From Trichinella spiralis (Eukaryota): a stretch of DNA of 55,766 nt. Made by a program: the position numbers and the translations under genes. The first letter of the stretch is position 1. Each line of letters begins with the position of its first letter. Location of the stretch: positions 2,569,700 through 2,625,465 of the forward strand of contig NW_003526941.1 in assembly GCF_000181795.1 (NCBI RefSeq), given 5' to 3'. This document shows, piece after piece, positions 35,950 through 52,249 of this stretch. The notes under the pieces were generated by a model. The model was given only the letters and a program-made list of their open reading frames with translations. It searched no databases and had not been told where the DNA came from.

Positions 35950-37950
35950 ATGGCTTTATTTTCCAACCGCCGTGAGCAGAGTTCACCATTTTTGATTGAG
36001 TTTCGTGCCGGCAAAATGCAGCTTCGTGGCACTACTGTTTATCCAGATCATAGGAAAGGTCTTGTTTATGTGCATCAGTCGGAAGATTCCTTGATGCATT
36101 TCTGTTGGAAAGATCGCACTACGGGAGTTGTGGAAGATGCAAGTTTTATTTGTTGTTTGTCTTGTTCTATTGTGAACTAACTTCCTGCGACTGTTTCAGG
36201 ATTTAATATTATTTCCTGAAGATGTGGAATTTGTACCAGTTCCTCAGTGTAACAGTGGACGTGTGTTTTTGTTGAAATTCAAAAATTCTAACCGAAGAAT
36301 GTTTTTTTGGATGCAGGTAGGGAAAAATTTTTAGGTTTTGAGTGACAATTAAGCATCTTTGCTAATGCAGACAGTTGTTGTAACAGATTGTTATCGTTAT
36401 CAATAAAAAGAGCAGACTTTTTTTCTGCTTTTAATGGGACACGTTTTACATTAATTTTTTATGCATTGCATGCATGCCTTTCAGGAACCACAGTCCAACA
36501 GAGATGAAGAGTATTGTCGTCGTGTGAACGAGTTGTTGAACAATCCACCTGCATTAGGATCCAATCGTCGAGGTGAAGGCGGCCGTTCTGCGGGAGGACT
36601 TCACGAATTGACAGATCATCTTGGATTTATGAATCAGTTGCTAAACTTGAGCAGCGCTAGACGTGGAGGAAGTATGCATTATTCTTATAATTTTTATTTT
36701 TTTATTAAAATTATTATTCGTTAAAAAATTTTTAAGAGAAAAAGACAGGCATTTCTGGTGCAGCTACTTCGGCAGAAGAGCGTATGGATTGGCAAAGTTC
36801 ACTGAGTGGCATAAATCAAAGTCAGCTTGTCGAATTGCTCAGTAAATGATGGATTTGAACACATTGTTGTCCTTTGTTTCTGTATATCAGATCGTATTCA
36901 TTTAGATTTGATGGGTAGTGGTTCACAGGTTTTAGATCAGTCTGGCTTGGAAAGCTTGAATGCTCCTTTTTTGCCAATGATTGAAGACGATCACAGCATG
37001 ATAGAGTATGCTTTTGATAAGATTTTCTCGATATTTGCAGAAGCCAAATTTCAGCAATTAATTATGTTAAATAATTTGTAACGTTTTTTGATTAATTTTT
37101 ACTTTAGTGCCTCTGAACAGCCAATTGAAAGTACACAAGGAAAGGAATCTGCATCTTCGACGCAAGGTAATCAAATCAAAAAAGCAGCAGGTGAAGGTAC
37201 AGCACAGATCAAAGTTGAAGATTTGCGCAGCATTTTTAGTTCGCTTTCAGGTTTTTGACTGCTTCTTTGTTTCTAATGATTTCATTAATTAAAAACAAAA
37301 TTTTTTTCAGGCAATGCTACTACCTATAATACCGGAGCTCGAGGTTCTTATTTGTGTTTTGTTTGTTTGTTTATTTTGCTATGTGCAGCTTTATTGCAGC
37401 GCAACCGATTAACTTAGACACTGTTTTTACACCAAAGGCACTTTCTAAAATTTTGTCCAAAAAGCAGTATGTCGAACGACTGTGCGAACATATTCCTAAA
37501 GAATGTGAGAAGAATTACAATGAAATCGAAACTACGTTGAGATCGCCGCAGTTCATCCAGGTCTGCTTAAACAGTGCGGATGACTAATTTTATTATTCAT
37601 TTTTTCTTTTTAAATTATCTTTAAACAGTGTTTGCGAGTTTTTTCCAAAGCGTTACAGGCTGGACATTTGGCGCCTGTTTTCGAGCAGTTTCGCTTTCCA
37701 GAATCAGTGATAAGGGGTTGTCAAAAAGGAGGTTGGCGATGCGGTTGTCCGTTTTTAGCCAGAAGCAGATCTTTAAAATTTCACTTTTTGTGTTGCAGAC
37801 ATTATTGCGGTGTTCTCTAGTATGGAGCAAGATGCTAAAAAATCAAAGGCAGATAACAAAGACAAGAAGAATACTGAAAGCCCTTCGATGTCGACTGATG
37901 AGGAACAACAGAAAAAGGATAGCAAAGATGACGATATGGATCTAGATTAA
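35950..37950 (+). CDS. rpn-13: Proteasomal ubiquitin receptor Rpn13/ADRM1, multi-exon
   Basis: PRU domain LIEFRAGKM...[37 protein letters not shown]...FFWMQ|EP, DEUBAD-like TLRSPQF, and C-terminal DDMDLD*. Confidence 0.93.
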
Positions 37951-38279
37951 CTGAAAGACTCTTTTTTTTCTTTATTATTAAATAGCTTTTAATGAATTCA
38001 TTGGATGTTAAAAGAATTATATGAAATTTTGTAACATTTATTATTAAACTAGTTTAATGTTTCCGTACAAAAAAGTGTATTTGAGAATTTTTTAGATGGA
38101 ATTTTATAAATTCCACCTGTGCTATGCAATTCGGACTTTTAAATACAAACACTTGAGTCCAATTTGCAGAACTTTTTACACAAAGTCACTACAAATACGG
38201 CGAAGACTTGCTTTGAAAACAAAGGAAAATTCATTTACGCTTTCTTTGATAAGCTAATTTTAACAAATGTAAAATCATT

Positions 38280-39146
38280 TCACGAACCAGTTAGAGCAGC
38301 AGTGTTCGCATTGTCTAAGGTTGTCGCGTTGTCAGCAGCGGAAGGTGGTCTGGAAGGCTGCGTTTTCGGCTTTGGAACCTTTTGCAGCAAAGGTACAATT
38401 TCTTTTTTTTCGTCAAACGTTTTCCACAAACTATACATGGCAAATATTTGCTTTTCTATTTCGAAAATGCGATCCGTATCGACCGAAATCTCGGCAAACC
38501 AGTTGTTCATGTCTTTACCGAGCAGTACGAAAGCTATGTGTAAGCAGGCAAGAGCAATCTGATAGGGTGGGAAAAGCAAGCAGACATCCGAACGGTAGCT
38601 GTCATTGAGAACTTTCCACGCGGTGGAAATGACAGCCTCATCTTGGGATATGTCTTGCATTAGCTGTACCAGTGGTCTGTACGGATGATAGACAATAAGG
38701 CAACAGTCCATCATTTCCAATAAGAAGAATTCCGCCTCGTGAATGTGATTCAACCGATAAGGAAAATCTTGCGGATAGACGTAACTGTAACGACTTTTTA
38801 TGAGTGTTTGACATGTAGCAACTAGTTTTGACTGAGAAATGGCGCCGAATTCTTCCACCTTGGAAGCTAGGTAAATGCTTGTTGGTGCAAGCAACAGTGG
38901 ATCGATTGATTTCAAAGAATTGCGGACATAGAAACGTCGAAAATACACAATAGCAGTAGCGATTACTTGTTGTTTCACTTTCAACTGCTCCCCTAACGTT
39001 TGGATTAAATTGCAGAAAAATATGAACAGTTTCTGATATTCTTCTTCTGACAAGAATTTCAGATCAGCTGAACGCTCGTACAAGTTTTCCTGTCTGTCCA
39101 ATAACCATTGCTGATAATGGGAACTTCTCCAAAAGTTTCCTGCCAT
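38280..39146 (-). CDS. cic-1: Cyclin C (Mediator CDK8 module), intronless CDS
   Basis: MAGNFWRSSHYQQWLLD, QQVIATAIVYFRRFY, SIDPLLLAPT..YLASKVEEFG and LEMMDCCLIVYHPYRPL. Confidence 0.97.
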   Translation of the reverse strand: MAGNFWRSSHYQQWLLDRQENLYERSADLKFLSEEEYQKLFIFFCNLIQTLGEQLKVKQQVIATAIVYFRRFYVRNSLKSIDPLLLAPTSIYLASKVEEFGAISQSKLVATCQTLIKSRYSYVYPQDFPYRLNHIHEAEFFLLEMMDCCLIVYHPYRPLVQLMQDISQDEAVISTAWKVLNDSYRSDVCLLFPPYQIALACLHIAFVLLGKDMNNWFAEISVDTDRIFEIEKQIFAMYSLWKTFDEKKEIVPLLQKVPKPKTQPSRPPSAADNATTLDNANTAALTGS

Positions 39147-40083
39147 AACAAGATCCAACTATATGAACATCATCATGACTCAGTGCCCATGGGATAAATG
39201 TAAAAAGCAGAGTTCATAAAAACATCAGCAAAAGTTAGGAAAATTCAAAAAACATAAAAACGTACTAGGAAACAAAATTACTACAACAGCTTAAAATAAA
39301 TAAAATCCAACTAACAAACGGCCTGAAATTACCATGCACAGCTTTTAATACAGTAATTTGAAAATTAAGATTAAATTTGTGGGCTAGTGCATACTGTAAT
39401 GTTCCGACAGATTATTTTACACGTGCATGATAAGTTTCAACTTTTGTGGGATTGTGTATGTCAGTATTTTAGGCTTTGCATTGTTGTTAATTAGTTTGTT
39501 CTTTTCATTTCACTTTCATCTATTGGAAGCTAACGTACGATGTTTATTCTAAAATGGTGACCAGAAATGTAGTGCCGTTTCCTACGCTTACACTAAGCGG
39601 TTTATAAAATCTTTTGCAGCGTATGCTGAACTTATGACTCGAACTTTTTTTATCTCAAAGTTTTCACTTTTAACATTTTTCGTTCAATATGCAGTTGACT
39701 GTTGACATTGTATCGCGCTGTTTTAATGCTGTACATTTTAACGATGTGTTACAAAATAGAGCGTTTGTGATAGTTGCACATATAATTTAAACCGTAGTAA
39801 ATCATGTTATTGCAACCTGTCTGTGAATAGTGACTAGTTCGCAAACTGTACATCCGTTGTCATATTATATTATTTTTACTGCAAATTGACCTCTATTTTC
39901 TGCAGTGCTTTACACAATTTACAATATTTCTCACTTTGTATTGCATTGCAAGGTTGCATATTCCCAGTGAAAATAATGAAAATTGTTATTATTGTTTTAT
40001 TCAGTATTCAACAAAAATTGCATGCTCATTTATAGACTGAATCATATTTGTTTGTTCCATTGCGCAACAAATACGAACTGAAG

Positions 40084-41480
40084 ATGTCTAAAGATGATCG
40101 AATTGCAGTGTTTCCATCTAGAATGCAAGTTTCATTGTTTTTTGCGTTTGTTGCATTAGTTATTTGTTTTCGTTGATTTAGGGCCCAAACTCTGATGAAA
40201 GCTCGTCTGAAAGGAGCTCAAAAGGGGCACAGCTTGTTGAAGAAAAAAGCTGATGCATTGAATATCCGTTTTCGCCAAATACTTCATCGTATCATACAAA
40301 ATAAAGTATTAATGGGAGAAGTCATGAAAGAAGCGTCCTTTTCATTGGCAGAGGCGAAATTTACCGCTGGAGATTTCAGTCATACTGTTTTACAAAATAT
40401 TGGAAAAGCTCAAGTCAAAGTAAAGCTTCAAAAAGACAATGTTGCTGGCGTCACGTTGCCGATATTTGAGTACTTTCAAGATGGGCCTGATCGTAAGTGA
40501 ATATTGCGAATGTTTTGCTTTTTATGAAAATAATTGCTTACTGAAATGATATTAAGCGAATTATTAAATCTGCTTTAAAAACTTAGCTTTTTATGTTGTT
40601 CTGTTGGCGTGCTTCTGTTTTGCTTATTGATTATCAGCTGATTCTAGATTCTATGAATTTTAGAAGATAAAATCAATTTTGCTATTAGTTCATGAAATAG
40701 TGAAAAGCAGGTATTATTTTCAGTTTCCTCAGTGCATGCTGTGAATTATATGAATTAAATTGTTTATTGAACTTTAATAAATGTAAAATTTTTGATATTT
40801 TTGTGGTTATGTATTTGGCAACAATTTTGAGATTATTCTCTTGGCACTATGCTATATAGCCAGTAATAAGTATAAGCGGTGCTAAAGATGGAATTTATGT
40901 GATTTTTCATTATTTCACAGCCTATGATTTGACTGGCTTGGGAAAAGGCGGCGCCAATATAGCGAAAATGAAGAAGAGCTATAACAAAGCTGTGGAATTG
41001 CTTGTCGAACTGGCTACTCTGCAAACTTGTTTCATTTCACTTGATGAAGCGATTAAAGTGACAAATCGTCGAGTAAATGCCATTGAGTTTGGTAATTTTT
41101 ATTTTTATTGATTTTTTAATATTTATGTTATTGTTGTGAATTTTCACGTTAATTAGTATTTTATTTCCTTTTACCTGTTATTTATTATGTATGAGAGTTT
41201 TTTTATCATTTGATTATGCATCATTAAATTTTTACAGCAATCGAACATTTATCATATTTTAGTGATTATCCCGCGAATTGAAAGTACATTGCAATATATA
41301 CTTTCTGAACTGGATGAACGAGAAAGAGAAGATTTTTACCGATTAAAAAAAGTCCAGAAAAAAAGAAAAGAAGAGCGTCGTATTAAAGAAGATGCTTTGA
41401 AGATGGCTGGTGTAGACGTTACCGCAACGCCTCAGAATATTTTGGAGCAGGATGATGATGTTCCTCTGTTATTTACATAA
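40084..41480 (+). CDS. vha-14: V-type ATPase subunit D; exons 40084-40124, 40182-40492, 40921-41091, 41263-41480
   Basis: MSKDDRIAVFPSRM|AQTLMKARLKGAQKGHSLLKKKADAL, ELATLQTCF, KVTNRRVNAIE and SELDEREREDFYRLKK. Confidence 0.96.
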
Positions 41481-41923
41481 TATATCGAGTTTTGTCGTGA
41501 CAAAAGGTGGATAAAAGTTGATTATTTGGTCTGGATGAAATATGCATTTGCTAAATTACTAATTTCTGAACTCATTTTTTGAATATATTTCACTCAAGTC
41601 AAGATAAAGTTTGTGAGCATACGTAGCCGGTGTGAATTGATTTGCAATCGTAAATGTCTTATTCTGGTGATTGATGTTTTTGTAATTTTTTGCTATTTTA
41701 AATAAATGATGATTCATCAGATATTTTCTTTGCTTTAACATAGTAGAGTACAACGGCATAGCAGTTCGTAACGTTACCGTTAACCATATTATATGTATTT
41801 GGCTTCAGGAATAATTATCACTTATGCAAATGTTGGTTTGACATTACTGGGAAAATTGGAACTGAATGTTCAGTATGAACACTTTCATCGAAACGGTTTG
41901 TGTTAATTTTCGAAATTTTCAAA

Positions 41924-42627
41924 ATGCAAGGACGTTTATTTCAGTTTTTTATTTTTTTGATCATTTGTTCTGTTGTGCGATCAATTCAGATTAACTTTAC
42001 AGACTGCGGTAAGTGATTAATTGTTCTATTTGTTCATTATTTATTTATTTATTTATTCACAATTTACAAAAAACAATTCTTGTTTTTATGTTATTTCTCG
42101 TATTTTAGGGTCACAATCGACAATAGAATCTGTTTCCGTCAGCCCTTGCGATGATCCGACTGTTTGTATTGTAAAGAGGGGAGACGTGATAAGCACGAAT
42201 GTCACTTTTGTACCACGTAAATTATAAAGCTTTTCTGATTTGTTTGAATTACAAAGAAAACGAACTGTTTACTGCATTTCAGATAAACGAATTAGTCGAT
42301 TAATTTTGAAGTCTTATGCAAAAATAAATAAAATTTCATTCAACGTTGCAGTGCCTGATTATAACGGCTGCAAGGATCACGGCCTGAAATGCCCTCTGAA
42401 CCCAGAAGTGTCTGTAACATACCAGCGAAACGTTACCATTGCAGCATCTACTCCACTGGTTTGTATTTGTTTGCTTATTTGCTTGTATTTTCATTTAATA
42501 ACCAAAAAACCACACCGTTGATGATTTTTTTGAACAGGTGACTGCGGTTTTGAAAAGTCAGCTTAAAGATCAAAACAATTTGGACGTATTTTGCATTGAA
42601 TCGAAAATCAAGGTTGTGCGGAAATAA
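41924..42627 (+). CDS. NPC2-like / ML-domain secreted lipid-binding protein, 4 exons
   Basis: Signal peptide, then FTDCGS, VSVSPC..PTVCIVKRG, DYNGCKDHGLKCPL and LKDQNN.DVFCIE, the ML-domain cysteine pattern. Confidence 0.88.
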
Positions 42628-43786
42628 AACACTGCAAGATTATTGATGAAAATTAATTTTTAATACACTTTTTCGGCGATTATTGTAATTTTTTATGTTA
42701 AAAAATGTCTTACCCAGTCTGGCTTGCTTCGAGGACTGCTTCATTAACACAATCTAATAACAGCGATACAGTTGACATTATTCGCTGAATGCATCATTTT
42801 AAAATTAACGTTATATTGTTGAAAGCTTTAATCTTTTTAGTTATGATTCCATTAAAAATAAATTGCAGACACAGCATTATGTATGTAATAAAATGATTAA
42901 AAGTCATATATATATATACCTTATAATAATTTATAACCGAAAATTGATTTATTTGAAATTCAAGTTCAAATTCAAGTGTTATAAAAGTATGTATTATTGA
43001 AATTCTCTCGCATTATAGGAATTGTACTCCACCAATTGCTTATCATTATATATATTATCTTATCATCAAACTAATGCATATATATAATTATTTAATGAGT
43101 TTTAATTTAAATTGTATATATAGATGTTGAAAATTAATTTCCTCATTGCAAAATTTATTATCCATACCACATCATTCAAAAGAAAACTTATTATGTATAT
43201 GCATTTCATGTAAAGTGTGGAAAATCTTTATTCACATTTTATTATTTTTTGTTTCGTATTTTTAATAAAGTCTTAATATTTTTATTTGTTTTTTATTATT
43301 TAAAATTATTTGACGTAGAATTATAAATAAATTGTTCTTGAAATTCTCAGTTACTGTATCAAATGATTATCAATTTTACTTGATACGTTGTTCTTTCATT
43401 TTTTTAATAATTTTGCATATTTTTATGCTTCAAAGTTCCCTTAAATAAGTTTTTTACGACATATTTGTATGAAATTTTTAGAGTGCGAAAGTAATACATT
43501 TAGTAGTAAAATAATGCAATGATTATTTTGTTTCAAATAATCTAAAACTTTGTTTCAGCCTATTTGAATAGTAATTCAAATTGAAAATCTTTGAAATGAG
43601 TCTTTTCCAACATTTTTTGTGCTGACTACTTCTCATTTTGTCATAACTGACCTTACGATATAATTACTCTATTGAATTGAATTTCTTAAACTTATTCAGT
43701 TGAACGAAATTTGTAACTTATGGTTTCGCTGATTGCAGTATTTAAACTTCTTTTTGACAAATTTTGCTAGCTATTGGATAAAAGAA

Positions 43787-45551
43787 ATGGTAGACAGTGC
43801 TGGAAGAAAATTGATAGTACTTGATAATGGAACTGGTGTACGTGATAATGTTATTTTTTTGACTTGTGCAGCATTAGTAATTTTACCTTCTTTATAGTTT
43901 GTTAAATGTGGATATGCAGGTACAAACTTTCCGGAGCACGTTTTTCCTTCTGTTGTTGGGCGACCAACTATTCGCTCAAAAATTAAAGTTAATGATGTAG
44001 AACTGCAGGTAATATTTATATAGTATTTCATATGACAGTAACATAATGTATTGTTTTATTGTATGTTATTAGGATGTTATGATTGGCAGTAAATGTGCAG
44101 CTGTTCGTCATATGCTTGATCTTTCTTATCCAATGGATAATGGTATTGTTCGAAATTGGGATGATATGGATCTCGTATGGGATTATACGTTTGGTCCAGA
44201 ATGTCTAAATTTGCAGCCATCAGAATGTAAGCTACTTTTGACAGAAGCTCCTTTGAATCCTATTAAAAATAGAGAAAAAATGTTCGAGGTACATTTGAAA
44301 TTGGTTTAATTTACTTTAATAAATTTGTCCCTCTTCAGGTTATGTTTGAAAAATTTGGGTTTCACAGTGTTTACGTAGCGGTACAAGCTGTGCTCACTCT
44401 TTACGCCCAAGGTAATGAATTTATTTATTTATTAAAAAAAAGTTTTTATTCTGTTTTCTTTTTATTTGAATCATATTTTAAAATTTTGAAATTAAAAGAA
44501 TTCTATAAATGGAAGATGTACTACCGAGCTTCCGTATCCCAAACGTGTCAATTTTTAGGTCTAGAGACTGGTGTAGTTGTGGACTCTGGCGATGGAGTCA
44601 CACATATATGTCCAGTTTATCAAGGATTTGCTCTGAATCATTTGACAAAACGTTTGGATATAGCAGGACGAAACATTACATCATATCTTGTATCGGTATT
44701 GAATATTTTAAGTTTAATATTTCATCAAGAACATAATTGGTAAAATAGCCAATTGTTTTTTAGCTGCTTAAATTACGTGGCTATGCTTTCAATCATTCTG
44801 CAGATTTCGAGACTGTCCGGCAGATAAAAGAGAAGCTTTGTTATACTGCCTATGATATTGAACAAGAAGTGAAGTTGGCATTAGAAACTGTAATTTTAGT
44901 TAAGCCGTACACGGTATGTTGTACACAAAATTTCATTACATACAAAAGGTAGTAAATGATGTAATTAAAAATTCTCTTCTTTAGCTGCCCGATGGTAGAG
45001 TTATTCGAGTTGGATCAGAAAGATTTCAAGCTCCTGAAGTTTTGTTTCAGCCAAATTTGATCGATGTAGAATGTTGTGGAATTTCGGAGTTGTTGTTCAA
45101 TGTTATTCAGTCGGCAGATATAGGTTCGTTGCGTTTATTTTCATTTTAAAATAATCTTAAATTGATCATTTTATATGGAAAGTTTAAATTTCAGATACAA
45201 GAGCAGAGTTTTACAAGCATATTGTTTTAAGTGGAGGATCGACAATGTTCGCTGGATTGCCCAGTCGATTTGAGCGTGAAATAAAACAGCTGTATTTAGA
45301 AAGAGTTTTGAAAGGAAACAAAGAAGCATTTCAGGTATGCAGTGTGTTTCACTGTTTGCTGTTAATAAAAATTATTTTAGAAATTTAAAATAAGAGTGGA
45401 GGCATCACCAGGGCGAAAGTATGTTGTGTTTGAAGGAGGATCGCTGCTTGCAAAATTGATGCGTGATCGTGAAGACTTTTGGGTTTCAAGAATGGATTTC
45501 AAAGAGCATGGCATTAACTGTGTCAGAAAAAAATTTGGTGTTTGCTCTTAG
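43787..45551 (+). CDS. arx-2: Actin-related protein 2, multi-exon
   Basis: [79 protein letters not shown] and [17 protein letters not shown]. Confidence 0.96.
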
Positions 45552-45971
45552 AATGTCAAGCGACTGTAATTTCACCGGAACGCATAATATTCTCTTTGTA
45601 ATGTTGTTAACGCAAAGCACGTAAGATTGGGAAAATTGCTGCATTTATTTTGGGCAGTTTTAGAATATTCAGCGCATTGAAAATTTTTTGATTAACTTGA
45701 AATTAGCAATTGATTTGATTTAATCATAATCTGTTAAGCAGTTAATTAAAGTGAATTTTTGATATCTTTATTTTTGTTGAAACTACTATTGAGTTAACAG
45801 TTCAGTATTTAATATTCAAAAAAATTGTTTTCCTTGATTAATATGTGAGTGATTTAAATTCGATTAGTCAGGAGAAAGTTCTTACAAGTAACTGTACTTG
45901 AAGATCAGAATTTTTACCGATATACTGTAATAGTGGTTTCATACTTGTATTTGGGGAGTACGTTGCTAAGC

Positions 45972-47307
45972 ATGCCTAAACACGAGCCGTTTACGCCTAA
46001 GGCCATTTCAAATCGTATCAAAGCAAAAGGATTGCAAAAGTTGCGATGGTTTTGTCAGATGTGTCAAAAGCAGTGTCGTGATCAAAATGGTTTCAAATGT
46101 CACCTGACCTCGGAATCTCATCAAAGGCAGTTGCTTTTATTTGCCGAAAGTCCAGGTCGATTTTTGGGGCAGTATAGTGGAGAGTTTAAGAAAGGTTTTT
46201 TGGATATTTTGACTCGACAGTTTGGTACCAAACGTGTAAAAGCCAACACCGTTTACCAAGAATACATTAAGGTAATTTTTTTAAATACTGTTTATCTTAA
46301 TAATGCGTTTGTGTTATACTTGTGGTGGATTAATTGCTTTAATTTATTGAATCTGGTGATGAATGATATGCAGGTTTAATTATTGAATTTTAGCTTATTT
46401 AATATTTATTAATTTTTTGTGTTGAATCTCCGTTATTTAGGATCGGAATCATGTACACATGAATTCGACTTGTTGGTTCACACTTACTGGCTTTGTCAAC
46501 TACCTCGGTAGAACTGGCATTTGCAAAGTAGATCAAACGGAGAAAGGATGGTTTATTCAGTATATCGATAGGTCGTTAGAAGAACGACGTGAGAAGATGG
46601 CGAAAAAAGTCAAGATGGATATGGATGATGAGGAACGGATGCGTGATATTATTATGAAACAGGCAGAACGAGCTCGAGAACGATTGAAAGAAAGTGGTGA
46701 ATTGGAAGAGGAAGCATCATATTCAGAATTGAAAAAATCAGACGATCAAAAGATTGAATTCAAATTGCCCAAAATGGTTCCGGTCAAAGATAAATTAAAG
46801 CCCCTTGAAATTTTGTCTAATGCTGCCAGATCGTCGACGGATAGAAAGTTTGACAAGCCATCTACTTCTAAATGTGTGACGAGGCCTAAAAGTGCTTTAG
46901 ACGAGATAAAGGAAGCCGAAGAGATGTATAAAGAAAAGAAAAATCGTACCCGCTGTTGGCTACACCCTGGTATTGTAGTGAAAATAATCAGTAAACGATA
47001 TGGTGAACGTTTGAACAATGAAAAAGGAGTTGTAACAAATGTAAAAGAAGAACGTTTCGCTTGTTTGCAACTGCTATCTGATCAAGACACTACGGTGACA
47101 GTTGAGCAAAAACATCTGGAGACGGTCATACCTGCTTTGAACCGAACGGTTCTAATTGTCAACGGAGCATATCGCGGGCAAAAAGCTACACTGGAAAGTG
47201 TAAATGAAAAAAATTACTCCGCTTCTGTACGCATCTGTGAAGGGGTCATTCGAGGACGATTGCTCGAAAATGTCGAATACGAAGATATCTGCAAATGGCA
47301 TGGGTAA
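45972..47307 (+). CDS. KIN: KIN17 DNA/RNA-binding protein; exons 45972-46271, 46441-47307
   Basis: TPKAISNRIKAKGLQKLRWFCQMCQKQCRDQNGFKCHLTSESHQRQ, HVHMNSTCW and C-terminal LETVIP...IVNGAYRG. Confidence 0.96.
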
Positions 47308-49007
47308 ATTTGTTGGGTAAGTGATTATTACTCCCTATATTTTTCTGTTTTCAGTTAATTTTATTTTTACCATGATGATTGGTAAAAGGTCTGAGAGCTG
47401 AATATAGGGGATCTTCTTTATCTTACTCAACTTGCGAGCTTCTTCTACCGGAACTCTTTTTGCAAGTGATCGCAATCAGAGTTCTCGTTAAATAGTCCAA
47501 TTCAAAGGTGTTGCATTGTTGTGTAATTTGAGAAGTGTATTCAGCATCGTTGATCACAAGTTTTCAATCTGAATTTATATGGAAATTTACAAAAAATTTA
47601 TTTTTCAACTCACTGATATTTAATATTCTTTCAACATTTTTTTCAGACATTCTTCGGCGTTGCGGTTTTATATTTCGTCATGAACTGTTATCAGAAAAGA
47701 ATACAATGGCTTATTTTGTTTACGGTGCGCAGGCCATTGTTTGCCAACAAAAAGAAGATGCATGTGATCTTTGACAATTTTAATTCATCAGCAAAGTACT
47801 TTTTCAAATATTTTTTTTGCAGTAAATATATCAATCAATCAGTTTTGTAACAAAAAAATTATATGACAAAGTTCATAAATATCAAGAATTTTATATTCCA
47901 TGCTAACTACAATAATATACATAGTATGCTGTTAAAAATGGATGCAAATTTCGTTAATTATATATTTTGCTTGTTTATTATTATCAATCATAAACTCTGC
48001 ATGACCTTTTTCTAATGTTATTCGATAATTCAGTACTATATATTTTATATCTCCGATTTAGAAATATCATTCAGTTTGACACAATTAAAATACAGATATG
48101 ATATTAAAATGCTTTTACTTCTGTTCACTGTTTTGTATATATTTTTGGATACCTTTAAAGAGATAAAAAATAGTAATGTATGAATAGAATTAAATATTAC
48201 TTAAATTATTATTCAACAAATTATACGGGAACATGTTGAGTTACGTAAAAAATTTTACTTTCATTATAGATAATCACGTTCAAATTATTACTGTAACCTT
48301 GTTTTTGTCATAATTCTTCATCAGGTATGTTACTTAATTCAAGATTAATTTGCACTGTTTTATGCGCTATTATTAGTTTTTATAATTTCTTATAACCATT
48401 GCGTGTCGTGTTCTGTGATATTTCGTGAGTGTGTTAGTTGTCATCGAGTGCACTGATCTCTAGCGTGGGTTTGGATACAGGGATATGCTTTTATTTTTGA
48501 GATGCAGTTTCGTTTCATAGCAGCTTTATTTACGTGTAATTGCCAGAAATTATGCCAGCAATGTATTTTTTTCAGTTAGTTGCCTGAAATTGATTGTTAG
48601 ATTTATTTTAATTTTTGATGTTTTTGAAAAGAAAACCGCATGATAAGGTGAATGTTACGTTTGTGAACTGGTTGCACTACGTGCTTGCACTAGTTAGCAG
48701 TTTTATCGTTCAGCTTTCAGTGCAGGTAGCGTTTTTTGAAAAGAATCCAAGCAGTTTGTGATTTAATTTAGATGAGTGTTAATAATGTGTAATTATCTGT
48801 GCGTGTTTTTTTCTGTTGACTTTGAGTGAGTTTAGGGTATATTTAATAAAATATATTGACGCGAATTCCGTCTGCTAAGATAACTGGTTGTTATTGAACT
48901 TTTTGCAGTCTTTTTTATCATTTTAATTTCTGACTTCTATTCATTTTGTTTTAAGGTCGATTCTTACTTGTTATTGAAGCTTAATTATTGAAACGACAGC
49001 TGTCATT

Positions 49008-52249
<3,242 letters not shown>

